34,145 bases of DNA from IMG/VR virus record IMGVR_UViG_3300027653_000313, positions 1 to 34,145 of that record. One strand, 5' to 3'. Numbering within the stretch: position 1 is the first letter of the stretch; each line of letters opens with the position of its first letter. Source of the stretch: a virus. Taxonomy: Duplodnaviria; Caudoviricetes. The translations under genes and the position numbers were made by a program. Positions 18,346-25,887 of this stretch are shown in pieces. Below the pieces are notes generated by a model. That model searched no databases and was not told the origin of the DNA. It worked only from the letters and a program-made list of their open reading frames with translations.

Positions 18346-18781
18346 CCTTATCACCACCATCTAAAGTAATTGCTAATTTCGCCCTAGCGGATGGAGATAA
18401 TCCTAAATCAGAACCAAAGGATCGCATTTGTGAAGCCGCATCTTTTTTTCTCAATAAAAATGGGTTGGGTTTATCACCAATCCACATTCCGTTCTGCTCT
18501 ACTTGTTCTTCACATAGAATATACTCGGAATACTGATCACAATATATTGCAAGATGTCCTACATCAGCATCATTGATTAATTCAACACTTAACAGTAACT
18601 TAGCGATCCTTTTGAACTCTTTTTTAGCTGTATCGTTTAACCAAGAAGGTGGGAAGACATGATCCGCACTCATTTTCATCTTTTCTTCTTGCTCAGACCT
18701 TCTCTTTAAATCTTTAGTATTTTTCTTAGCGGGATTCCCTTGCAATAATTGTAACTTTGCTGACTTTGCAGGTGTAGCCAT
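18329..18781 (-). CDS. terS: Terminase small subunit (P27 family)
   Basis: LLQGNP, PPSWL...AKKEF, NP and LGLSPSARAKL motifs. Confidence 0.93.
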   Translation of the reverse strand: MATPAKSAKLQLLQGNPAKKNTKDLKRRSEQEEKMKMSADHVFPPSWLNDTAKKEFKRIAKLLLSVELINDADVGHLAIYCDQYSEYILCEEQVEQNGMWIGDKPNPFLLRKKDAASQMRSFGSDLGLSPSARAKLAITLDGGDKDEDDF

Positions 18782-18799
18782 ATTATCCTCACCTCCTTG

Positions 18800-18899
18800 A
18801 TTATTTTTTTATGAAAACTTTTCATGGGCGGTAAAATCGTGAAGATGGAGCCTCTCCTCGGTCTCCTCGGGTGTTTTTCCAAACTTTATTTCGAGGGGG
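18800..18899. other. Probable cos packaging site region
   Basis: Intergenic gap between HNH and terS, the usual cos position in HK97-like phages; GC-rich tandem 9-mer tctcctcgg at 18853-18870. Confidence 0.5.
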
Positions 18900-19235
18900 C
18901 TATCCTAATTCTTCATTAGCTTTAAATTTCACAACGCCTTTTTTATTTTTGTTCCTGTTTTGCCTTCCTTTATCCGAATGAATTGAGTTATGGCACTTGT
19001 GACAAAGACAAATTAAATTATCTAATCTAAATGCAAGCCACGGATATTTGTCCCTGGGTTTTATGTGATGCACAACATCATATTTTTTTATCTTATCTTG
19101 CTTCAGACATTCTTGACATAAGTAATTATCTCTTGCTAGTGCCGTTGTTCTGCATACCAACCACGCGTTGCTATTATAGAATCGTTTAGCTTCCTGGTCC
19201 CTGTTATGTTTATCGTAACACTTGTGGCTACTCAC
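18900..19235 (-). CDS. Terminase-associated HNH endonuclease
   Basis: FYNS.AW...R...L.RDNYLCQEC, VHHIKP and NLICLCHKCHN motifs; GTG start overlaps the upstream TGA. Confidence 0.92.
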   Translation of the reverse strand: MSSHKCYDKHNRDQEAKRFYNSNAWLVCRTTALARDNYLCQECLKQDKIKKYDVVHHIKPRDKYPWLAFRLDNLICLCHKCHNSIHSDKGRQNRNKNKKGVVKFKANEELG

Positions 19236-19384
19236 AACCACATCACACTAACAAGGAACGCAAACATGCTTGCTATGCATATGGATGCTGAGGAGATGAC
19301 CTTGTTGCTGTTGTCGTCATCGACTGTTACCGCGAACGATATGATCATGATGATTAGTATCATTACTTTGAATGTAGTTACCAT
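19232..19384 (-). CDS. Small two-helix membrane protein (50 aa)
   Basis: Manual translation MVTTFKVMILIIMIISFAVTVDDDNSNKVISSASICIASMFAFLVSVMWL; coupled to both neighbours. Confidence 0.6.
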   Translation of the reverse strand: MVTTFKVMILIIMIISFAVTVDDDNSNKVISSASICIASMFAFLVSVMWL

Positions 19385-19602
19385 GACTCACCCTCGCAGT
19401 AATCACAGTCTTCACAATTGTATCCAGTCTCCGTCAACTCATTGCCTGCATATGCCCTGGTCTCGTCCATCTCACTGCCGCACTCCGGACAAGTGCTATC
19501 GTCTATCTCCTGTAGTTCATCAGCCAATGCTTCGGCATGACTACTGATTACCCTTAACTTTCTTTGCATGTTCTCCGTGTTTATATCTACAGTTAATTCC
19601 AT
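19378..19602 (-). CDS. Hypothetical zinc-ribbon protein
   Basis: CPECG...CEDCDY; RBS AAAGGGG before ATG 19602. Confidence 0.7.
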   Translation of the reverse strand: MELTVDINTENMQRKLRVISSHAEALADELQEIDDSTCPECGSEMDETRAYAGNELTETGYNCEDCDYCEGESW

Positions 19603-19626
19603 GACATCCATCCCCTTTAATACATA

Positions 19627-19656
19627 ATAAAAAGACACCTGCTATGCAGATGCCTT
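19627..19656 (-). terminator. Intrinsic terminator after the lipoprotein gene
   Basis: mRNA AAGGCAUCUGC-AUA-GCAGGUGUCUU-UUU. Confidence 0.75.
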
Positions 19657-19674
19657 CGTATGTTTGTATTATGT

Positions 19675-20358
19675 TTATTCTTTATGAAACTCTTCTTCTA
19701 TAACTAGATGCTGCTTCATATATTCTTTGTACTTTTCTTCATACGGAAAGTCCTCTTCTACATATTCAGGTGAGTTTTCCTCTTCAAACGCATCTTGAAA
19801 ATCACCTTTAAAAGACGGATCAGCTAATACGAATGTGAAGCTTTCAGGTATGTCATACTCTAACCAAAAATAATCAATGAACTTATTCTTTTCATCGGCA
19901 GCGCCAGCGCCGTTCAATCCGAACTCAACCTCTGCCACTTCCTTATCATCTGTTTTGATTAACATGCGATCCATAAAGTAATAAGTTTCATCTGTATCAT
20001 TTATAATCTCACCTAGAATCTGAATCTCTTTATTACCCTCGGCATCCACATCAGCTATGTTTTCTGTTTCAACTAATGCATAGCGCATTGTAAAATCGCC
20101 ATCTTCATATATATTAAAACCTTGCTCATCTGTATCATCACTTACATAATAATTTAATATCTCATATTCATTAGCTGCATCAATTAATGTATCATATTCA
20201 CTATCTTTATTAACAAACTCTAATGGATCATCTGTAGAAGTGTCTTGTGCTTCTTCCTGTTCAATAGGATCCTCTTCTGGTTGTACTACTTCCTCATTAT
20301 TACCACAACCAACCAACATAACCAACGATGCGATTCCAATACCAATTAACTTCTTCAT
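19675..20358 (-). CDS. Acidic lipoprotein (moron; possibly superinfection exclusion)
   Basis: Signal peptide II MKKLIGIGIASLVMLVGC; very D/E-rich; has its own promoter and terminator. Confidence 0.8.
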   Translation of the reverse strand: MKKLIGIGIASLVMLVGCGNNEEVVQPEEDPIEQEEAQDTSTDDPLEFVNKDSEYDTLIDAANEYEILNYYVSDDTDEQGFNIYEDGDFTMRYALVETENIADVDAEGNKEIQILGEIINDTDETYYFMDRMLIKTDDKEVAEVEFGLNGAGAADEKNKFIDYFWLEYDIPESFTFVLADPSFKGDFQDAFEEENSPEYVEEDFPYEEKYKEYMKQHLVIEEEFHKE

Positions 20359-20378
20359 AATAAATAACCTCCCACGGC

Positions 20379-20446
20379 TTACCCGATATATTTTATAAGG
20401 CAGGCAGTCGGGTAACTGCTTTTCGGCAGCGCTTTGCCTAGCCTTA
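20379..20446 (-). ncRNA. Structured 5' leader with putative pseudoknot
   Basis: P1 20446-20435/20406-20396, inner stem 20429-20416, and an 8-bp pairing 20415-20408/20386-20379 next to the RBS. Confidence 0.55.
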
Positions 20447-20451
20447 CTATT

Positions 20452-20479
20452 ATATTAACATATCGTGGGAATATTACAA
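20452..20479 (-). promoter_or_regulatory. Sigma-A-like promoter for the lipoprotein moron
   Basis: TTGTAA-16-TAATAT with an extended TG; an overlapping TATAAT at 20454-20449. Confidence 0.6.
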
Positions 20480-20511
20480 TAAAATAGTGCCAGGCTTTCC
20501 ACACCTGACAC
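20480..20511 (-). terminator. Hairpin with U-rich tail downstream of the late activator gene
   Basis: mRNA GUGUCAGG-N9-CCUGGCAC-UAUUUU. Confidence 0.5.
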
Positions 20512-20556
20512 CTAGATGTTTGATAAATAATACTGTATTAAATTTCCTATATCCCC

Positions 20557-20622
20557 ATTATAAACTATATATTAAGTAGCCTGCAAACCTTGCAATAATT
20601 GGCATTTCTGGCATATTTGGCA
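20557..20622 (-). promoter_or_regulatory. Putative late promoter: five 9-bp-period repeats plus a TATAAT box
   Basis: TGCCA/TTGCA cores at 20618, 20609, 20600, 20591 and 20582 within the activator's 3' end; TATAAT at 20562-20557. Confidence 0.6.
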
Positions 20623-21018
20623 CAACATCTCTTCCTTCATTCCTCTTATCTTATTCCTATTTACATTTAGGTGATCCGCAATAGAACGATAACTCATTCC
20701 CTCCATCATGCAATCAAGGATAATCTTATGTTGTTCATCTTCTAAGCAATCAATCATGGATTCGACTGCCTCGACCTTTTCTTCATACTCGATATACCGT
20801 TCGTAATTCCTTCTTTCCCTTGCGTCCATGGCGTCCATTTCAGCGTGACTTTTAAGTGATGTGTTTGGCTTTGGTAGCGTTGCCTCAATTCCACCTTGTG
20901 CAACGCCTACTGATTTATAACTCCTATTCGAACCCCAGAGCAAACTCCCTATTCTATCCAATTCCTTTTTTCTCCAATGGTATTGATAAATAAGATTTTC
21001 AACTTGTTTATTATTCAT
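20572..21018 (-). CDS. ArpU/RinA-family late transcriptional activator (sigma-4-like HTH)
   Basis: N-terminal coiled coil and C-terminal ILDCMMEGMSYRSIADHLNV; position upstream of the packaging module. Confidence 0.8.
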   Translation of the reverse strand: MNNKQVENLIYQYHWRKKELDRIGSLLWGSNRSYKSVGVAQGGIEATLPKPNTSLKSHAEMDAMDARERRNYERYIEYEEKVEAVESMIDCLEDEQHKIILDCMMEGMSYRSIADHLNVNRNKIRGMKEEMLCQICQKCQLLQGLQAT

Positions 21019-21034
21019 CTGCCAACCACCCTTT

Positions 21035-21931
21035 TTATTTATCTGCTATGGATTTTAGCATGTGATAACTCTTCTCTCCCTTGTGTTCCTCCGCGTGACA
21101 AGGTACGCATAAAAGAGTAAGGTTTTCAACGGAATTTTGCCCTCCGTCGGCAAACCTCTTTATGTGATGATAATGCAACATTCCTTCGCTACTGCACTTG
21201 GTGCACTTGCCTTTGTCTCTTCTGAAAACGCGCAACTTAATTAGTTTGGGTATTGTCCTGTCCTCTTCCACTTTATCCGTTTTACCATTCATGATATCCC
21301 TTAACTGATGCAAGTGCCTGTCCTTTATGTTAAGAACTTCTTTATATGCAGCTTCAATATATTTCGGTATTTTTAACCTTCCATTTTCATAAAAGCTAAT
21401 TTCAGACTCCCTTATGCCAGCCAACTTACTCAACGATCTCTTATTTACACCCCTGTATATCCGCATAGCTTTCAAATCTATACTTCTAAGATTAGAGTAA
21501 GCAACACTGTCTTTCGTTTCCTTGACAAGGTTGTTATATAGGTCAACTGACGTATTCATTCTTTCTCTTGCTTTACTCAATTGTTCAACGTCATAAAATG
21601 CTCTACCTTTGTGCATTTCAAAATCCACTTGAAATAGAGCGGCAACTATAGAATCAGGAATGGAATCAACAGTATAAACCTCTTTAATTATATACTCCTC
21701 TGCTTCAGCGGTTTCCTTTTCCCTTTGTTTTCTGAAAAAATTCCTTTCTTCTCTAGTTAATGCAATTCCCTTTAGCGTTTTTATTCTGTCATTATATTCT
21801 TCTGCATTTATTTCATAGTATTTAACAAAATCTTCTATTTTGATTGTTTTTTCGTTATTCCTTCTCATGCTCCTTAACTCTCCGACGGTCAAGTCATAAA
21901 AGTTTTTAGCACAGTAACATTTATATTTCAT
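21035..21931 (-). CDS. XRE-HTH plus C-terminal HNH endonuclease fusion
   Basis: LKAMRIYRG...LSKLAGI..SEISFYENG (HTH); VFRRDKGKCTKC...HHIKRFADGG.N..ENL.LLC.PCH..EH (HNH). Confidence 0.85.
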   Translation of the reverse strand: MKYKCYCAKNFYDLTVGELRSMRRNNEKTIKIEDFVKYYEINAEEYNDRIKTLKGIALTREERNFFRKQREKETAEAEEYIIKEVYTVDSIPDSIVAALFQVDFEMHKGRAFYDVEQLSKARERMNTSVDLYNNLVKETKDSVAYSNLRSIDLKAMRIYRGVNKRSLSKLAGIRESEISFYENGRLKIPKYIEAAYKEVLNIKDRHLHQLRDIMNGKTDKVEEDRTIPKLIKLRVFRRDKGKCTKCSSEGMLHYHHIKRFADGGQNSVENLTLLCVPCHAEEHKGEKSYHMLKSIADK

Positions 21932-21949
21932 TTGCCCTCACGTCCTTAT

Positions 21950-22003
21950 TTGTGTATTATTTAAGTATACATTCATTATATCATGTATCATTTTAATACA
22001 CAA
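21950..22003. promoter_or_regulatory. Divergent promoter/operator region with a 10-bp inverted repeat
   Basis: ttgtgtatta (21950-21959) and taatacacaa (21994-22003); minus-strand TTGTGT-17-TATAAT with extended TG. Confidence 0.65.
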
Positions 22004-22021
22004 TTAGAAGGGTTGATAACT

Positions 22022-22162
22022 ATGTCGCAAGTTGTAAATATGCGTTATCCCAAAGAATTATTAAAGAGAATTGATTCCTTTAAAAATAAGAAAGGATTCA
22101 TCACCAGAACTCAAGCGATTATTTATCTTATACAAACCGCTTTAGATAAAGAGGGAAACTAA
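22022..22162 (+). CDS. Ribbon-helix-helix (CopG/Arc-like) regulator, 46 aa
   Basis: Manual translation MSQVVNMRYPKELLKRIDSFKNKKGFITRTQAIIYLIQTALDKEGN; RBS GAAGGG. Confidence 0.8.
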   Translation: MSQVVNMRYPKELLKRIDSFKNKKGFITRTQAIIYLIQTALDKEGN

Positions 22163-22175
22163 TCCCTCTTTTTTT
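22148..22175 (+). terminator. Terminator of the RHH gene
   Basis: aaagaggga-aactaa-tccctcttt-tttt. Confidence 0.7.
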
Positions 22176-22374
22176 ATTCCATATCTGCCTTCATCAACTG
22201 ATTACTCAAATTCCACACATCATCATGTAGCGATTTATTTTCTTCCTGCAATGCTTCTATTTTGTTTTGTTGCTGTTCCATCACATCAGTTACTTTATCG
22301 TGTGTCGTGTATGTGTATATACCCGCGATAATAACGATAGCGATTAATGCTATCCAGAGTAGTTTGTCTTTCAA
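22174..22374 (-). CDS. Membrane-anchored coiled-coil phage protein
   Basis: One N-terminal TM helix followed by a coiled coil. Confidence 0.7.
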   Translation of the reverse strand: MKDKLLWIALIAIVIIAGIYTYTTHDKVTDVMEQQQNKIEALQEENKSLHDDVWNLSNQLMKADME

Positions 22375-22378
22375 ATGA

Positions 22379-22654
22379 TCACCCCTTAACCAGTTTTAGC
22401 TTGCTTTCTTTTCGTTTTCTATCTGCCAGATACTTTTTGTTAGGCTCGATAATTTGCGTAATATAATATTTATAAGGTACTGCTACCATCATTTTTTCTG
22501 TCCATTCCGGCCTACCTAGCGCCGTAATATAAATCAAGCAATGCCCATAATTATCATGATTAATTTCTAGGCTTTGGTATCGCTTAGGAAATTCCTCTCC
22601 GTATCTTATTCGCAGCTTGCCAGTGTGAACTTTTCCATCAATGCTGATCGACAT
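22379..22654 (-). CDS. Hypothetical phage protein
   Basis: 91-aa ORF with RBS AGGAGTGA in a co-directional run. Confidence 0.65.
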   Translation of the reverse strand: MSISIDGKVHTGKLRIRYGEEFPKRYQSLEINHDNYGHCLIYITALGRPEWTEKMMVAVPYKYYITQIIEPNKKYLADRKRKESKLKLVKG

Positions 22655-22665
22655 TCAGATCACTC

Positions 22666-23319
22666 CTAGTAGCCTGTATTCTGCCTTTCATGATTAATTT
22701 TATTTTTATCAAAGTAAGCTTGTTCTATTTGTTCCCAGGTGAAGCCGAGCATGTCGCCCAAACCTAAAAATCCACCTACTATATTTTCGAAATTATCTTG
22801 TTTTTCAAGTTCATCCCACCCGCTTTCAATAGACTCATTGAGTATCGCAATCGCATGAAATAAGCTATTAAATTGTAAAGTAATTGACCTTTCTTGCCAT
22901 TTTGTTGTTGGCGTGTGTTCATATCCTAATTCCAACCCAATACTCAATATAAAATGCAGGCAATCAACGTATTCTTCTAGAAGTGGGTTCTCCCTTTTGT
23001 AAGGAAAGGAATCCCAACCGCATTTTTCGCATTCTCGCATATAATCATATGATTTGTGGCCGCAATTAAACCTGTCTCCACATTGCCAAAAATCCGCTTT
23101 TTCTGCTTCTGTATGAAGGTGTTTTACGGCATAATTTCTAGGCCTTTGATCCTTACTCCAAAACTTAAACCCGCGCCACTCATTAGCCAACTCACCCAAT
23201 TCAACCTGCAATGCTAAAATCTTCTTATCCAGCAAGTCCTGTCCTTCCAGTCCATGCTCCTGTACAATTCGTTCATCTAGTTTTGCTTGTATATTGAATA
23301 ATTTTTTTAAGTTCATCAT
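22666..23319 (-). CDS. dut: Dimeric dUTPase with a Cys-rich insertion
   Basis: Q..LD..I, ALQVELGELANE.R.FKFW, LEEYVDCLHF.LS and Y..KN..N..RQ motifs. Confidence 0.9.
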   Translation of the reverse strand: MMNLKKLFNIQAKLDERIVQEHGLEGQDLLDKKILALQVELGELANEWRGFKFWSKDQRPRNYAVKHLHTEAEKADFWQCGDRFNCGHKSYDYMRECEKCGWDSFPYKRENPLLEEYVDCLHFILSIGLELGYEHTPTTKWQERSITLQFNSLFHAIAILNESIESGWDELEKQDNFENIVGGFLGLGDMLGFTWEQIEQAYFDKNKINHERQNTGY

Positions 23320-23501
23320 TCATCCCTCACCCATTCATATTCTGTATAAAATACACTTGCCGGCATTACTTCCGGTTCCATATCGGAAAACATATCTTTA
23401 TAATGTACATAGCCTTTCGTATCCTCATAAAGAGCAAACACTGATTCCTGATCGTTTTCATAAAAGCGGACGAGTCCGTATTTAATGCGGACATTCATCA
23501 A
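23316..23501 (-). CDS. Hypothetical phage protein
   Basis: 61-aa ORF coupled to both neighbours. Confidence 0.6.
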   Translation of the reverse strand: MMNVRIKYGLVRFYENDQESVFALYEDTKGYVHYKDMFSDMEPEVMPASVFYTEYEWVRDE

Positions 23502-23659
23502 TTATCCTCCACCAGTAATAACTCTTTTTTATATGTCCAATGTTTGTTTTCCAACTTAACTAATTCCTTGTTCTCGCCTTCTGCATAGATTTCAACGACT
23601 TGCAGAACTTCATGATCTCTGTTCGTGCGTTTTCTTTCTATCATCCAACGTGGAGACAT
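23498..23659 (-). CDS. Hypothetical protein, 53 aa
   Basis: Manual translation MSPRWMIERKRTNRDHEVLQVVEIYAEGENKELVKLENKHWTYKKELLLVEDN; RBS AGGAGG. Confidence 0.6.
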   Translation of the reverse strand: MSPRWMIERKRTNRDHEVLQVVEIYAEGENKELVKLENKHWTYKKELLLVEDN

Positions 23660-23664
23660 TTGTA

Positions 23665-23886
23665 TTACCTCCTGTGGTTTAACTTAATACATTTTTTACA
23701 AGTAACTTCAGGAACATTTAATATTTCGTTGGTATTTTTTATTGAACCGAACCCGTGGTTGCATTCGTTAATTATGTTGCTCCGACAAGGTTGTCCGCAT
23801 GTAGTTTCATGTGAATCTCGTGAACTTGTAGCATGGACTTTTCCAGTAGATAACTTTCTTACAATAAACATCCCCACTACCTCCAA
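23665..23886 (-). CDS. Hypothetical Cys/His-containing protein
   Basis: KVH...TCG...VTCKKC pattern; real start probably at MFIV. Confidence 0.6.
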   Translation of the reverse strand: MEVVGMFIVRKLSTGKVHATSSRDSHETTCGQPCRSNIINECNHGFGSIKNTNEILNVPEVTCKKCIKLNHRR

Positions 23887-23993
23887 ATAATCAATTTAAC
23901 CCACCCACAGGCGTTTTAAATCTCGCTGTATGTATTTGTCTAGTTGTCTAGTTATCTAAGCTTATGAGTGGGCTGTGTATTATTTAATTACTA

Positions 23994-24203
23994 CTAATTG
24001 AAGAACTCATCATCAAAATCCTTACTTATCTTTTTAACCTTCCTAAAACCAAATATCCCGAATACCAGCCAAAATATCAGCACGATTACATATATTCCCA
24101 CCGCAATAATTTCCGGTAGCAATACTAACCACCAACTCCAATCAATAACGCTCGTTAACTTTAAAATTACAAACACTATTGTTAACACCTCGAAAACTCC
24201 CAT
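23994..24203 (-). CDS. Small phage membrane protein
   Basis: LTIVFVILKL..VIDWSWW.VL.P motif common in phages; RBS GGAGG before 24203. Confidence 0.75.
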   Translation of the reverse strand: MGVFEVLTIVFVILKLTSVIDWSWWLVLLPEIIAVGIYVIVLIFWLVFGIFGFRKVKKISKDFDDEFFN

Positions 24204-24222
24204 TTTTATTCCTCCCTTTATT

Positions 24223-24717
24223 TTAGAACCACGAATTATGCGGACTACCCACCTCAATGTTTAATATCCTGGCAATCTCGGATTCCGATAAGTCATCTGA
24301 TGCAGTTGGCTTAACTGCAACTTCCTTCCTACTCTTACCAACAGGCCAAGTACTAGCTAACTCCTTATCCCAACCTCGTTTCCTTCTGGAATAATACGCT
24401 TGCCTACTTATGCCGTTCTCTTCTGCTATAGCAACGTACTCACTTGATGATTCCCTTAACGGAGTATTAACTGCATCGTAATCGGACATTTTTCTCATCC
24501 TTGCTTGCATCCCACTTCTGGATATCATTATTCCGTTAGAGTGAGCTTCTTCTACTAACTTTTTTAATTTCCCTTTACGTTTTACCGGCTGCGTTATGGC
24601 ACGTTCTGCCGTCCAGTCATTAATATAAAAACGCTCGTATACCAGCCGTTCGCTTATGCCGTTAGATTCTGCAATTTCGTAATCTTCTGGTGTGAGATAT
24701 TGTTTAATTGGTATCAC
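24223..24717 (-). CDS. Phage DNA-binding-like protein with three internal repeats
   Basis: Repeated A..NGIS....Y.R...W...A unit. Confidence 0.7.
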   Translation of the reverse strand: MIPIKQYLTPEDYEIAESNGISERLVYERFYINDWTAERAITQPVKRKGKLKKLVEEAHSNGIMISRSGMQARMRKMSDYDAVNTPLRESSSEYVAIAEENGISRQAYYSRRKRGWDKELASTWPVGKSRKEVAVKPTASDDLSESEIARILNIEVGSPHNSWF

Positions 24718-24718
24718 C

Positions 24719-25207
24719 TCAACTATTTAATATTTGGCGTAATCTTTGTTTTTCTTTAATGGTTAAATCATGTAATATTTCGCTTAGTTTCACTTCTGAC
24801 CTCCGACCTTTTTCGGCAGCTATTTCTTGTTCGGTGGCGTAACGAATTTGGCTAAACTCCCACCAACAATTGTTCACGCCTTCTAGTAGAACACTCCTGC
24901 CAGAGACCTTGGTAATCTTTGAGATCCTTCCAATCTCTTCGAATCCATCTGTTACAACAACCCATTTCCCCACACAGTATTTCGGTTCTACTTCATAGCC
25001 GATGTATAGAGCGCGCGCCATGTCTGAAACACTTAATTCATTCATAGATCTAAAGGGATCACTCCATTGCATGGACCCGCCAGTCAAGTTGTTTTTGTAG
25101 TTAGCAGCATGTAAATCAAGAATCGTTTCCTTGCTGCATTTGTGCTTATTCATATATTCTTCAATTGCATCATCTTGTTCCTTCGTAATCATCACTTTTT
25201 CAGTCAT
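24719..25207 (-). CDS. Hypothetical phage protein (DUF1642-like N-terminus)
   Basis: KV.IT...D.AIE...MARALYIGYEVE pattern. Confidence 0.6.
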   Translation of the reverse strand: MTEKVMITKEQDDAIEEYMNKHKCSKETILDLHAANYKNNLTGGSMQWSDPFRSMNELSVSDMARALYIGYEVEPKYCVGKWVVVTDGFEEIGRISKITKVSGRSVLLEGVNNCWWEFSQIRYATEQEIAAEKGRRSEVKLSEILHDLTIKEKQRLRQILNS

Positions 25208-25323
25208 TTCAATTCCTCCTTCATTTCCTCACACTCCGCCACAACTTCCTCGTCCGTCATCATTGCTACTTGATATACTGGATAACCGTCATTTAACAGC
25301 CGTTGTCTTAGGATGTGTAGCAT
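25204..25323 (-). CDS. Hypothetical protein, 39 aa
   Basis: Manual translation MLHILRQRLLNDGYPVYQVAMMTDEEVVAECEEMKEELK; fills the gap with overlapping start and stop. Confidence 0.5.
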   Translation of the reverse strand: MLHILRQRLLNDGYPVYQVAMMTDEEVVAECEEMKEELK

Positions 25324-25727
25324 CATTTATGCTTGCCCTCCTTGAGTGCTAACTCAGCCATTTCTTTATAATTCTCTGCCAAGCAATATCCTATAACATC
25401 ATAATTGCTACTGTTCTGATCAGAGTAAGTTTGATAATCTTGTTTAGCCAATACCCTTACATGTTCCAAAGCCTGTTTGTAGCGATTATTTTCCTCCTGC
25501 AACGCTTCAATCCGATTAATTTGATGACTACGGTTAAAAATTGATCCCGTGTTTTCGTATTTCATTTCAAATATTCTTACTCGTTCCTCCAATTCCTCCA
25601 CACGTTCTGCTTTTTCAATGACGTTCAACCAATCGCTTTGAAACACCCTTCCGGCCCATCTTCCTTCCAATACTAGTGCTTTTATTTCATCCAGCCTACT
25701 CATCCTCATTCCTCCTAAGCACGACAC
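25323..25727 (-). CDS. Hypothetical coiled-coil phage protein
   Basis: ORF track; true start probably MSRLDEIK. Confidence 0.65.
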   Translation of the reverse strand: MSCLGGMRMSRLDEIKALVLEGRWAGRVFQSDWLNVIEKAERVEELEERVRIFEMKYENTGSIFNRSHQINRIEALQEENNRYKQALEHVRVLAKQDYQTYSDQNSSNYDVIGYCLAENYKEMAELALKEGKHK

Positions 25728-25887
25728 GCTGCCGTTGTATTTTTTTACGTAATTTACGATTATCTGATTGAAGCATTTTGTTATGGTTTAATGTCGCACG
25801 GACTGCCTTTTCTATTTTGGATATGCTGACTGTTTTCTGATTGGATAAGATATATTCAAGTGACTGCCGGGCTTGTTTGTGGTTCAT
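25696..25887 (-). CDS. Hypothetical phage protein
   Basis: 63-aa coupled ORF. Confidence 0.6.
   Translation of the reverse strand: MNHKQARQSLEYILSNQKTVSISKIEKAVRATLNHNKMLQSDNRKLRKKIQRQRVVLRRNEDE

Noticed and set aside
21030-22190. Target-site duplication around the RHH/HTH-HNH cassette (GCAGAT...AATAAAAA..GGG on both sides)
   Set aside because: The similarity is short, imperfect and AT-rich, and is explained by stop-codon/RBS context.
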